From Eremomyces bilateralis CBS 781.70 (Eukaryota): a stretch of DNA of 44,301 nt. The stretch is taken from assembly GCA_010015585.1 (NCBI GenBank), contig ML975196.1. One strand, 5' to 3'. Made by a program: the position numbers and the translations under genes. A model generated the notes under the pieces. The model made no database searches, had not been told where the DNA came from, and saw only the letters and a program-made list of their open reading frames with translations. Of this stretch, positions 1 to 12,619 are shown in pieces (the stretch's first letter is position 1; each line of letters opens with the position of its first letter).

Positions 1-838
1 CTTAATGGGGTATATTGTGCATCAGGAGTCGAGATGGATGGAAATATGTTGAGAGCCCTTAACATGGAATAGTGCAACTAGATTGCAATTGATCTCAGTC
101 CATAGGGCGTAGGGACTCTTTAAAAGTAGATAGTCTGAAAGGTAATAATCAAAAGTATAGTATCTATATTTTTTTTAAACGCCAATTAGTTGTCGAAAAG
201 CAGCAGAATGGCCTTCAATATGTTCGTTATCGTGATTTCGGTTGGGAAAGCTACACCAAATCCTGGGATTTTGGCTCAGACGCTGTTGGTAGTGGCGCCA
301 AGTCTTCGGATCTTCCTTGTCACGTGCCTTTCAGCGGCTGAGGTATCTGAGACTAATTTTCATTTCAGACAGAACTTTTCTTTTCTTCTCGAACGTTGAC
401 ACAGCCCGCCAAATCTCTTGGTGTTCAGTCCGGGACGCGCGGGTCGCGCTGGCTCGAACCTACCTGCCTAACGTACACATCACCTTCTTATGAACTTCGA
501 ATTAGCCAAGGCCCAGCCTATACGGGACCCAAGAAGAGATGGATTTCGTCGCGTCCCATAACTACTTCGTAGAATCCGCGCGTTCCAGCTTACAGATCTT
601 TGGGTCAAACTTTGCAGGGCACTCTTTCGTTGCCTGTTTCCCGAAACCATTGTATTGTATTTTCTCTTCCCTGACTTGTCCGCTCAAGGGCATAAGGATC
701 CTGATATTCTTTCCTTTAAGTCGCTTTGCATTCCTGCCGCTCCTTTGTTCCCACTTTCCTCAATCCATCGCCACAGGGTCGTCTAGGTGTTGACGTAGGT
801 ACACCAGGTTGTCAACACCACAACTCTCAGGCGCCATC

Positions 839-3800
839 ATGGGCGCAGATATCGTCGAGAAGGAGAAGGCCGCGGAAGAGGCGCGCGGCGATGAGTATCC
901 CATAGATGCCGCCGCAAAGGCTCCTACTCCAGATATTCCCGAGGAGATGACCCCATTTGCCGCTTACACGCGCGTTTTCACGTACGGCGGCGCGTTCGAG
1001 TATACTCTCCAGGCCATCGCCATCGTCGCCGCCCTTGGCTCAGGCGCCGGAATTGCCCTCCAAAACCTCATATTTGGTAGATTCGTCACTGTCATCACCG
1101 GCTTCGTCTCTGGGGTGTCAAGTCCTCCCGGTTTCCGGAGCGATGCCGCCGAACTCGCCCTCTACTTCGTATATTTGGGTATCGGCAGGCTGGTGCTCTC
1201 GTACATCTACAACAGCCTGTTCACCTATGTTGCCTACCGTCTCGTTCGCAATATGCGCTACGCCTACCTCAGGGCAGCCCTCAGCCAGGAAGTCGCCTAC
1301 TACGATTTCGGAACCGGTGGCTCCATTGCGACGCAGGCCACATCCAATGGTCGCCAGATCCAGAACGGTATCGCAGAGAAGCTCGGCCTGACCTTCCAGG
1401 GATTGGCTGCCTTCGTCACTGCGTTCATCATCGCTGTCGTTGTCCAGTGGAAGCTTGCACTCATCTGCCTCTGCATCGCCCCTGCCATCATCATCGTTAT
1501 GGGCGTCGTCGCCAGCATCGAGGCCGGTTTCGAAACCAAGATGATGGAGATACATGCCCAGGGTAATGCTTTTACAGAAGCGGTTCTCTCCGGCGTACGC
1601 ACTGTTCACGCCTTCGACATGCGCGCGAGGCTCGTCAATCGATTTAACACCTATTTGACCGAGACCCATAGGATCGGTGACAAGATCTCGCCCCTATTTG
1701 GTATCCTGTTTTCCGCCGAGTACACCATAATTTACTTGGGATTCGGTCTGGCCTTCTGGCAGGGGGTCCGAATGATGGCCACTGGCGAGATCGAAGACCC
1801 AGGCACAATCTTCACGTAGGCTAAACCCTTGCACGATGGCGCTTTTGGCTCCTTGTATTCGGTCCTAAACTAACCCTATTTATCAGTGTTCTTCTTTCTG
1901 TTGTTATTGGTTCCATCCAACTGACCATTTTGGCTCCTTATGCTATCGACTTCGGCCGCGCCGCTTCTGCTGCTGTCATGCTGTTTAGACTGATTGACCG
2001 CAAGTCGTCAATTGACCCCTTCGACGAGGATGGCGAGCAGCCGACCGAGACTGAAGGTGTCATCGAGATCGAGAATGTCACCTTTGCCTATCCCACTCGC
2101 CCCAGCGTCACTGTTCTGGATAACTTCTCCCTGAAGGTCCCGTCGGGCAAAGTCACTGCCCTGGTCGTAAGTTCTACCTTGGCTTTCGTACCCTGGTCCG
2201 TCGCTAACGACTCCTTCAGGGTCAATCCGGCTCCGGCAAGTCCACCATTGTTGGCCTCATCGAGCGCTGGTACAACCCGGAGTCAGGCACCATCAAGTTA
2301 GATGGTCGCCCCATCGACATGCTGAATTTGAATTGGCTGCGTAAGAACGTCCGCCTGGTTCAGCAGGAGCCCGTACTTTTTCAGGGCTCGGTCTTCGACA
2401 ATATCAAGCATGGCCTCATCGGAACCGAGTGGGAGAACGCGTCCCGCGAGAAGCAAATGGAACTGATTCAACACGCTGCCAAGATGGCCTTTGCCCACGA
2501 TTTCATTTCCGAACTCCCAAACGGCTACGGCACCCAGATCGGTCAGCGTGGAGGTCTGCTCTCCGGCGGTCAAAAGCAGCGTGTTGCCATCGCCCGCAGC
2601 ATCGTATCTCAACCGAAGGTTCTCTTGCTGGATGAGGCTACCAGTGCCCTAGACCCTCATGCCGAAGGTGTCGTCCAACAAGCCCTCGATAAGGCCGCGG
2701 AAGGTCGCACCACAATCGTCATTGCCCACAAGCTCGCTACTATCCGCAAGGCAGACAACATTGTTGTCATGCGCAATGGTCGCATCATCGAGCAGGGCAG
2801 CCACGAGTCTCTTATTGCCGACGGCGGTGCTTACGCTCGCTTGGTGGAGATCCAAAGCCTCGCTGTCGGCGAGGGCAAGTCCGAAACGGAGACTGAGGAC
2901 ACCCAGAACCCAGATCCTGCGGACCTGCACAAGCCCCTGACTCGGTACGCCTCGTCTGTCCAGGGCCGCATGGAAGCGAAAAAGGAGCGCGACAACTACG
3001 ACCATCACAAGCAATTTGGTATGCTGCATGTTGTGTTCCGCCTGATGAAGATGACTCCTGAATTGTTCTGGTGGTACGTACTAGTGCTTCTTGGATGCAT
3101 CGGTGCAAGTAAGTTTCAAAATTTCCCATACCCGATTCAAAATATCCGGTCGCTAACCAGCATGAAGGTGGTATTTTCCCTGGCCAAGCTATCCTCCTCG
3201 CCAACGTCATGGATGTCTTCACGCTCACCGGCGCCGCGATGGAGCGCGAGGGCAACTTCTACGCCAAAATGTTCATCGTCCTCGCGGCCGGCGCTCTTAT
3301 CAGCTACTTCGCCCTTGGCTGGTCCACCAACTGCGTTGCCCAGGCACTGAGCCAACTGATGCGCAGGCAGAGCTTCGATATGATCCTCCGCCAGGATCTC
3401 CAGTTCTTTGACCGCGAGGAGAACAGCACCGGAGCCCTTAGTAGTCGCATCGATTCCAATGCACAGTCCATTCTTGAGCTGATGGGTTTCAATGTCGGTC
3501 TCATTACGATCTCCGTCCTGAACGTTCTCACGTGCAGCATTCTTGCTATCGCCCACTCCTGGAACCTGGGCCTGGTCGTGGTTTTTGGTGGTCTCCCCCC
3601 TCTTTTCGGCGCTGCCTTTTTGAAGATTAAGCTGGACTCCAAGCTCGATCGTGACACGTCGAAGCGTTACTCCGCCAGCGCCTCGATCGCGTCGGAAGCC
3701 GTCAACGCCATTCGTACCGTTTCATCTCTCGCCATTGAAAAGTCTGTTCTGGAACAGTACACCAACGAACTCGACCATGCTCTGTCCGACTCTACTCCCC

Positions 3801-4876
3801 CGTTGTTCGCAGCCATGATCTGCTTTGGCTTCACACAGGCTATTGAGTACTGGTTCATGGCCCTTGGCTTCTGGTACGGCTGCCGCCTTCTCTCCTTCGA
3901 CAAGATTAGCATGTACAATTTCTTTGTTGCCTTCCTGGCTGTCTTCTTCTCTGGCCAGGCCACCGCCCAGCTCTTCCAGTTCTCAACCAGCATCACCAAG
4001 GGTGTCAACGGCGCCAACTACATCCTCTGGCTCAGCGGGCTAGAGTCCACCATCCGGCAAACCCCCGAGAACCTAGATAAGGGCCCTGGATCCGCCGGTC
4101 CCATTGCCCTGGACGATATCCGCTTTTCCTACCCTCTCCGACCCGACGCCCAGGTCCTTCGCGGCATCAACCTCACCGTCGAAAAGGGCCGGTTCGTCGC
4201 CTTCGTCGGCGCCTCCGGCTGTGGCAAGTCCACCATGATCGCCATGCTCGAGCGCTTCTACGACCCCACAACCGGCCGCATCGTCATCGACGGCTCGGAC
4301 CTCACCACCCTCAACCCCCGCCTCTACCGGCGCATCGTATCCTTCGTCCAGCAGGAGCCGATCCTCTTCAAAGGCTCCATCCGCGAGAATATCGCCCTCG
4401 GCCTCGACGACCCGACCATGGACGAACTCTCGTCCACCGATGCCGCGCTACGGGTTAGCGACGAGAAAATTGAAGCCGCTCTGCGCGGCGCCAACGCGTG
4501 GGGTTTCGTCTCTTCTCTTCCCGACGGGCTGAATACCCAGGCCGGTTCGGGCGGTACCCAGCTGTCCGGCGGTCAGCGCCAGCGCATCGCCATCGCGCGC
4601 TCGCTCATCCGCGACCCCAAGGTCCTGCTACTCGACGAAGCCACCAGCGCCCTCGATACGGAGAGCGAGAAGATCGTCCAGGGCGCCCTGAACGAAGCCG
4701 CCAAGGACGCCGACCGTATCACTTTCGCCGTCGCCCACCGTCTTAGCACCATCAAGGATGCGGACGTCATCTGCGTCTTCTACGGAGGCAAGATCGCCGA
4801 GATGGGCACTCACGAAGAGCTCATAGCCAACAGCGGCATGTATCGCAGGATGTGCGAGGCGCAAGCCCTGGATTGA
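839..4876 (+). CDS. Full-size ABCB/MDR (P-glycoprotein-like) ABC transporter; exons 839-1815, 1887-2166, 2220-3108, 3168-4876
   Basis: TMD-NBD-TMD-NBD order. Walker A GQSGSGKS (restored by splicing) and GASGCGKS; signature LSGGQKQR and LSGGQRQR; Walker B LLLDEATSALD twice. Three GT..AG introns with CTAAC branch sites join the ORFs in frame. Confidence 0.96.
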
Positions 4877-5040
4877 GCATCCTTTGGTTTCCTGTTTCTG
4901 CCTAGTACAACGGGATGTGGGTGCAGTATCACCCCAAAATGATTGGCGATAATGATTGGCCTGAAGTTGGCGACGACGTGACTCTTGCGGTCTTGCCATT
5001 ATAGTCACGATACATAATATAGAACCACGGAAAACACCCA

Positions 5041-5363
5041 TATCTAATGAGGTCTCTCAATACCTCGCAGAGGGCCTTTTCCCTACCGAAACTCCTATCG
5101 CCTGGTGGGTAGCTAATCGCACGCGATATCCCTCTCTATATTAGATCGCGATAGACCTTTTCGTGACTCCTTCATCGGCCGCTGATATGGAGCGGATCTG
5201 GTCAGCTTGCGGGAGAATCTTGGATACGGAGAGGACACGGATGGAGGCGCCCACCTTAAGGAATTTGATCTGCTTACAGCACTGGTTTAGGCAGGGTGTT
5301 AATGGTGATATAGAGCTGGAGACCATCATCTATAGACAAGATGTCTGGATAGACGTAATATAG
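5041..5363 (+). pseudogene. hAT transposase C-terminal dimerisation-domain remnant
   Basis: Reads YLAEGLFPTETPIAWWVANRTRYPSLY*IAIDLFVTPSSAADMERIWSACGRILDTERTRMEAPTL, the WW..YP.L..A.D....P.SS...ER..S pattern of hATC domains, with an in-frame TAG. Confidence 0.8.
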
Positions 5364-6054
5364 GAGTCCAGACCATCTTCTTGATCACCACGTAATTAGT
5401 CTGTACGGGCGAATTCGTGGTATAGACCTATTTTGGTCGGCGAAACCATAGAATATAGCATGTGTCGCATTACGCGGGGTGATGATTAAGCAGGTTCGCA
5501 GCTTAAGCTCAGTTACTGTAGAGACACAATATATGTTATTATTGACGATTCCCCTTCTCTCCAAAAAAGAGATCTAGCTAGATAACCGTTGAAGATATGT
5601 AAATACGTCGGAAAGGACTGAGCAGTCCTAAATAGGCTTAGTTCTAGGGGTAATGGGCAGCGAAATGAATATAGGTGGCAATTGAAATCAACAGGGCCAT
5701 CTTGCGACTAGGGAATGATGAATTACTGTACTGTAATTAGAAGGGCTGGTGAGATTTTCATTGAAAACGAAAATCAGCGCTATACCAGATAGGGCGATGC
5801 TAATCTACGAACGGAAGTTCGGTAGCACACAGTTTACGGAGTACAACTGTGGGTCATCAGAATTTATTCCGTAACTAAACTCTATTAGGACCTAGGGTAA
5901 CAGAAAGGTGGGTTGTAGTGAAGTTGTAAAATGGTTTTTGAGGTTGCAAAACCTCTCCAGTAAGAAACTGGACTGCTTCGCTGTGCTTAGATGGTGCTGG
6001 AGCCCGAAAGCGACTCGTCGTGCTAAAGTACTAGTTAAGTACATCAACTAACTA

Positions 6055-6489
6055 ACGTAATCCACCAGCGAGCTGCGAATACCACCGAGCTGCGAACTTC
6101 AAATCTCACCAAAATCGGGATATTTCATAACCCGATATCTCAACAACAGCATCATAATAAAATCTACAAGTTGATAGATAGACTTTACTAGTCATTTTAA
6201 GCCTTTACTCATATTTATAGAGCTCTAGCTATTGTAATGGTAGATATACCTAGATCCTAGGTGCTAAAAGGTGCAAGAATCTACTATGACCTAGGTATAT
6301 CTACAACTACAATAGCTAGAGCTCTGTGAATTTGAGTAAAGGCTTAAAATGACTAGTAAAGTCTATCTATCAACTTGTAGATTTTATTATGATGCTGTTG
6401 TTGAGATATCGGGTTATGAAATATCCCGATTTTGGTGAGATTTGAAGTTCGCAGCTCGGTGATATTCGCAGCTCGGTGGTGGATTACGT
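6055..6489. mobile_element. Fold-back MITE of pogo/Fot1-Pot2 (Tc1/mariner superfamily) type
   Basis: Starts ACGTAATCCACC and ends GGTGGATTACGT; TA on both sides (6053-54, 6490-91). Near-perfect ~200-bp inverted arms around a ~35-bp spacer; no ORF. Confidence 0.9.
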
Positions 6490-6677
6490 TAAGTTAACTA
6501 ACTTAGCCTACCTCTCCTCTATCGTCTTTCACTTGTTATGACGCTTTTCTATTCTTAATTATTAACTTGTTCACATTTTACCCAGGTCGAATTCAAATCT
6601 ATCTTCTGTCTCTACCATATTGGGCCATTCTAGGTTCCATTATCGTCCCATTTATTCTTCTCTTATCAGCCACTCCA

Positions 6678-8819
6678 ATGGACGAAGAAGCAGACCTTCC
6701 ATCTTATGATGATGCGCGGCAACCGGATATTTGGCCTTTTGTTCTTCCATATCTTCACACCTCAGACTTGCTCTCTTTGGGACAGGCTTCGCGACAGCTG
6801 AGCGGTCGAGTGCAAGGCTTTTTATGGTTCGCACCCAGACGATTCTGGCCCCGTGACTCCGAAGATGCCTTTGTTGTATTTGGAGAATTCCTCCAAATAT
6901 TGCGGTCAACGAACCATCACCCGGAGCGGAATCCGGGGTATTATACCCGTGTTCTCGATCTTTCGAACTTCAAAAGGGAAACATTTTCATTGCCTATGCC
7001 GAGGGACTGGTTATCCATCGTGCTCTCAAGCCTGCCCAACCTTCGCTGTTTGATTGTCGCTCATTCAGCCATATTTGACTCTGACTCGATCAATGGCCGA
7101 GTTCCCCATCATGGCAAGCTTCGACTTCTTGATGCATCCTATTGTCCTAACCTAACTTTCGATGCACTCTCGCGATTTTTGCAACGAGTTCCAGATTTGG
7201 CGTATCTTGACGTTTCTGGGAACCGGACTCCGGATGTTGATAAATCGTCCCTTTGGGCACAACTGCGGAGGCCATCACTTCGGATTCTTCAGCTTCGGCA
7301 AATGAGCATAACACTTCAGCTCGACCAGGCTCTGGATGGGAACGGATCTTTACGGTCCTATTATCACTGCCTGGACCTTCGAGACAGCGACGTAGGGGAC
7401 GCGTTCGTAGGAAGTTTGATTGGTATCCCTGGTAATCCAACTCTGGAACCGCCACCTCCGTATACCTATCATCTACCGACTCCGCTTCATATTGGTAGCC
7501 ATCTTGACTTTGGCGATGATACGGTGGATATCCCTCGCTTTATCGAGTCTAAAATTCGGGGTAGACTCGAAAATCCGATTTTCAAGCATGACCTGGTCAG
7601 CATGGTATCCATTTTTCGGAACATACGGTTGGAGAATACCTGGAGTTCAATAGCCGATTACCATGGTCTGACCCATATTGACGTTTCTGGCACTCGAGTC
7701 AGTCTAAAGCAATGCGCCGGTCTACTTGACGCGTTGCCTCTCCAGAGCTTTGGCTGTGGTCGACACTCATCAAGTAAAAGAGTACAAAATCAATATGGCA
7801 AACCGGATTTTGGCATCCGCGCTATCTTACAAGATATCAAAGATTCGAAGGGAATCGCATCCTCTCTGAAGCGTTGTTCGACTTTGCGAGACTTGCGGTG
7901 TCCCCATTATGTTGTCACCGGATTCTCGTCGGCATGGGATTCGGCGCCTGGCTTGGAGAGGGAAGACAGGTACACCGCTTCCGAGACCATCGAGAGGGAT
8001 CGTCTCTTTTTGACTCCTCCCCATACTTCACATCCCCCGGCACCCTCCACCACCGGCTTCGGACAACCCTCTCATATGTCTTCCGGTTCTCCATCCACCG
8101 TCCCGCACGAAGGCATCCAATGGCAACAAAACTTAACCCCAGACAATCAGCACCGGACCTTTTCTTTTGATGCCGCTTTGGTCTCCCTTGAGCGGCTGGT
8201 ATTGACCGACCTCCCTAGCCAAAGTACCCGTGGTCATGTAAGTTCTTGCTTGAAAGCATTCCTACAGACTGCGGGTGATTGGGTGCGGATCTCGAGACAG
8301 TACCAGGAAATCCAGGTCTCCGCCGAACCGTGTCATTATCAAACTTCTACTATCCATCATCCATCGGAGGCTATTCCGAACGCCCTTGCGAGTCGCCAAC
8401 CGAGAAGTTCCCTAGGTGATCGCCAAAAGCCGCGCATTGTTGACGTATCGTTGCAGTCACTTAAACTCGAGATGAGCAGCGATAGGGAAGAACATCGCCG
8501 TATGGACAGGCGAGCTCGAAACCACGACGAATCAATGGAGAACGATGAGAGCATAAACTCGTTCGACCAACTAATCAAAGACGATTTTTCATTCTTCTCT
8601 AACGAGCGGGTTAGCTCGGGCTTTCAAGAGTCGCCACTTCACACCGTATGGAAGTCTAAGGTTTTAATCGAAGAGCATCCGGATTTTGATGTTGCCAAGT
8701 CTCTCGCCGAGTTTAGGAGGAGATCGAAAGCCAGACCGGGGCACCAGGACGTGCAGAACACCGAGGTGGATGGTATATGGTGCGGTTCTTTAACAATAGA
8801 GAAGTATTCAGTTTCATGA
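6678..8819 (+). CDS. F-box-like / leucine-rich-repeat protein (~713 aa, apparently intronless)
   Basis: First ATG of the long ORF at 6678 (MDEEADLPSY). F-box-like segment DIWPFVLPYLHTSDLLSLGQASRQL, then LRR motifs LPNLRCLIV, LRLLDASYC, LAYLDVSGN, LTHIDVSGT. Confidence 0.8.
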   Translation: MDEEADLPSYDDARQPDIWPFVLPYLHTSDLLSLGQASRQLSGRVQGFLWFAPRRFWPRDSEDAFVVFGEFLQILRSTNHHPERNPGYYTRVLDLSNFKRETFSLPMPRDWLSIVLSSLPNLRCLIVAHSAIFDSDSINGRVPHHGKLRLLDASYCPNLTFDALSRFLQRVPDLAYLDVSGNRTPDVDKSSLWAQLRRPSLRILQLRQMSITLQLDQALDGNGSLRSYYHCLDLRDSDVGDAFVGSLIGIPGNPTLEPPPPYTYHLPTPLHIGSHLDFGDDTVDIPRFIESKIRGRLENPIFKHDLVSMVSIFRNIRLENTWSSIADYHGLTHIDVSGTRVSLKQCAGLLDALPLQSFGCGRHSSSKRVQNQYGKPDFGIRAILQDIKDSKGIASSLKRCSTLRDLRCPHYVVTGFSSAWDSAPGLEREDRYTASETIERDRLFLTPPHTSHPPAPSTTGFGQPSHMSSGSPSTVPHEGIQWQQNLTPDNQHRTFSFDAALVSLERLVLTDLPSQSTRGHVSSCLKAFLQTAGDWVRISRQYQEIQVSAEPCHYQTSTIHHPSEAIPNALASRQPRSSLGDRQKPRIVDVSLQSLKLEMSSDREEHRRMDRRARNHDESMENDESINSFDQLIKDDFSFFSNERVSSGFQESPLHTVWKSKVLIEEHPDFDVAKSLAEFRRRSKARPGHQDVQNTEVDGIWCGSLTIEKYSVS

Positions 8820-10186
8820 ATTGGTGGGCACGAGGAATTGATCTTGGCAATGCATGGAGAGTCCGATGTTATCCATGGCGTGAGTAGGATTAAAAAACCA
8901 TCCGGTTTCGGATAGAATTCGCTAAAAGGATTCCGAAACAAATCGTCGCGGAAATATCCTTATATTCGAATGAATGCAGGGAGTGGGGTAGACATACATC
9001 AGGGGCGCTCAACTTATTCAAACTTTTCAAGTCTCTAACTATAGGCTCGGTGTATCTATCGCTTGTTGCTGCATATGCAGAAGTCGACTTTATTCTCTCA
9101 CATTGGCCCCGCCCGTAGTTCCTGTCTCCAAATGAAACGACTTCTAGGCCTAGACTGCATGCAAAAGGGATTCATTAGCCGCAAGGTCAGTATCCAACAA
9201 GAACGAGTATTGAGCCAGGAGTTCTACTCGGAGCTGCAATACAGAACGAGCTCACTAGGCGAGGGAGAGCGTACTGGGGTCTATGTTCATCCCACGACTT
9301 GTTCTCCTTTGCAGGACCCCAACGCAGTTGAGGCGCAGCTTCAGTAAATTCAGTGCAGTATCCGTACGACTGGCTCTCAAGGACTGAGCCCAGCTGCCTC
9401 ATTGCCAGATATGTAGCAAATTACGAACTTCAGGTGTTCAAAGCGGTTGGGACTCCGCATACCTTGAGATCTGACGGAAGGGTGAGGACAAGCGGACCAG
9501 TTCTAGGGCCATGGTCAATCTCACCGGAATTCGTAGCACGCCAAGGGCTCCACAAATGGTACTTTCCCGTGTGCGCCCACAATGTGCTTGCTGTACTAAT
9601 AGGTCCCACATTCGGTTACTTTCCCGCGCGTTTTTGAATTGCTCGCCCTCTGCTTCAGCCCCATACTAGTGGATACTGTTTTCCGGCATTATGGCTATAG
9701 GATATGCCGTCTGGACCGAGAACCATTTGCTAAGGCGGGTGACATATCCTAACTTTACGGAACTCTCATATTGAGTTGAATTGTGCAACTTTATATTTTT
9801 GGGATCAACGATGTGATGAATATCGGGTACATCGCCTCCTATGCAGCCAAGTTCACTGGAATAAGACCCAGAATATCCACTGGCAAGGCCCCAACCCCCA
9901 TTTTGACTGAATTTAAAAGGCCATTGCGGACATCAGCATCTGGGGCCTCGCACTAGGAACAAAAGCTTTGACAGACTAACTCTAAGAAGTTGGGTGCCAT
10001 ATTGACCAGGCAAATTACCACAACATCTCTCTAGCTATTGGAGGTGTTTGGACGATCATCAAGGGAGTCATAAAGCTAGTAATGTATATTACGGATTTAG
10101 CATACCGGACGAATCTAATTGGATATGTGAGATCAACAACGGACAATTCAGAAGTACAACTCCGGACAAGCAATGAATTCAAACTC

Positions 10187-12286
10187 TCAGGTCTCAATCT
10201 TCTTCGTTTCCAGACCTTCCAGGTTATCAGCCGCTCGCCATTCTTGCAGAATCTTGATGAATGCTGGAGCACCGCCACCATAGGACCCATTTCGGGCAGC
10301 AAATTCGGACGGCTTCCCTTCGTTATTGTAATAACCAGGCGTGCACTCTTTAAGGAAATCTGCCCGCAAGTGGGTCGCATCGAGAATCTTCTGAACCCAG
10401 TCTTGCTCAGCCTTTTCTGATGGCTCAATTGCTCGAATATTGCGAGCTCGACAGGCGGCGATCACATACGCAATATGCCTTGCTTGCTCAGCAGTAACAT
10501 GCATGAAGTTGGGAGTGAGCGCAGCTTGAACGATAGAAACCCAAAAGCAGTTCGGAAAGCCACGGCTTGCCTACAAGGGATCGTCAGTCAAATAAGTGGG
10601 AAGGACATCATTTACTTACCCAGCCGTGGAGGGTGCTGGCACCCTTCTTCCACTTCTCGGTGATAGATATATTGTCCCGACCGTAAATTTCCATGCCCGA
10701 ACGATGGCTCCAATCTGTTGATAGCTCAAAACCGGTGGCGATGACAATGCAGTCGAGTTCGATTTCTTCGCCATTAGCAATGATTCCCTTCTCCGTGAAT
10801 GCCTGGATTCCGTCACCATGCGTATCAACCAGGTGCACGTTTGGACGATTGAACGTCTGAAGGTACTCGTCGTGGAAGCAAGGCCTGTCATACAGTTAGC
10901 AATTTGAATGAGTTGGGGCAGACATCGTTGCTTTCCTCTTGCAAAATTGATTGTAATACGGCTTCAAACTCTCTGCCGTTACTGGATCCTTGACGATGGC
11001 GTCACATCTAGCGCGAACCTGATTCATCTTTTCAAAATCGGCCATTTGGCGATCAATGGCCATCTGAGCTGGATCGATCGGCTCCGAGGTCTTTCTCGGA
11101 ACCAGCAATCTCGCGATGATATCGGTCCATCCGTCGCCGACGAGGTCCTCTTCTTGCATGATTCCATTGACCATCATGTCGAAATTCTCCATTCGGTGGC
11201 TTTGCCACCCTTTCTTGAGTGTCTTGGCCCATGCAGAATCAGTAGGTTTATTTCCTCGAACGTCGATTGACGAGGGAGTTCGCTGAAAGACATAGAGGTC
11301 TTTGGCGGCCTCGCCCAAGTGCGGGACGATCTGTACAGCAGTAGCACCAGTACCAATGATCCCTACCCGCTTATCCGAAAGCTTGCTCAGGCCCCCATCT
11401 GAGTCACCTCCAGTGTAGTTATAGTCCCATCTGGCAGAATGGAAGCTATGTCCTTTGAAAGACTCAATTCCGGGGGCTCCAGGGAACTTTGGACGGTGCA
11501 AGGGGCCTGCTGCGGGGATGACAAATCGAGATCGGATGGAGTCTCCGCGACTCGTTTTGGTTGTCCAGGTGGTATTTGTATCATCCCAATGCATGGTGCT
11601 GACCTCGGTCTGGAAAAGTGTTCGTGGATAGAGGCCGAATTTCTCTCCAATAATCCGGGAGTGTCGAAGAAGTTCCTTCGCACGAGCGTACTTTTCAGTG
11701 GGCATATAACCGACCTCCTCCAGAATGGGCATGTAAATGTACGATTCAACATCGCACTGAGCACCGGGATATCTATTCCAATACCCTGTTTAAAGGTCAG
11801 AATGGTCGTCGACTAATGGGAGGTGTGGGGGGAGGGATACAAGTTCCACCGAAGTCACCAGCCTTTTCGATCAACCGAATATTTTCCACACCAGCCTCGA
11901 GCAGACGAACAGCAATAAGTTGGGCGCCATAACCGCCTCCAATGACCACGACCTCGACTTCTTCGTCGATAGGGTCACGCTGAAATCCAGGTTTAACCCA
12001 TGGGTCCTTCGGGGGAAGTTAGAAGTCAGTTAATTCAGTACCTAGAGAAAGCAAGACTTACCTCAAGGTAATGCAGAAGTTTACCATCAACCATCTGATA
12101 TTGTTCCACTCCTTTGCCATGCTTCAGACGCCTTTCTCTTTCTTCATCGTACTTCTCCTTGAGCTTGACGGGATCGAATGGAAGAGCATTCTCTTGAAGT
12201 ATCTCCGCAACCTTCTCCACCACGTTGACGTTCTTCTCCAGGGGATCGAGGGTGACCGGAACGCCTCGTTCAATATCTGTTGCCAT
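10187..12286 (-). CDS. Type I Baeyer-Villiger monooxygenase (cyclohexanone/phenylacetone monooxygenase family); introns 12007-12061, 11786-11840, 10885-10935 (non-canonical GA donor), 10571-10619
   Basis: Rossmann motifs VIGGGYG and [29 protein letters not shown] fingerprint [42 protein letters not shown]. Confidence 0.93.
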
Positions 12287-12619
12287 AATTCTTGTAGCGG
12301 TTAGCAATACGTTTGAATCTGGGGGCTTTCATCGACCATCCAACGTACATCCTGGATATTTGTCCCACTCAACTGAAAAAGGGGCACTTGCACTGACTTG
12401 ATTTAGCAATCTTGTAGTATTGATTTGCCACAATCTTGATCCTATACGTCAAAAAGGTGGACCGATACCGCTTTGATATAAACAAAATTGTTCCCTGTTA
12501 TCGCATCACCCCTCATTTCTAGTCCCAAGGTTAGCAGCTTCTAGTTCCCAAGGCTCTGCTACCCCACACCCCGCATCTTCCAGGGGCTGGAACTTTGGTT
12601 ACGGATACTGTTACCCGCC

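Noticed and set aside
809..838. ORF-track non-ATG starts for the ABC gene (809), F-box gene (6567) and epimerase (20951)
   Set aside because: Eukaryotic genes; the first suitable ATGs are at 839, 6678 and 20882.
9000..10100. Short ORFs between the F-box and BVMO genes as a possible gene remnant
   Set aside because: No recognisable motif in the frames examined; cannot be supported without a search.
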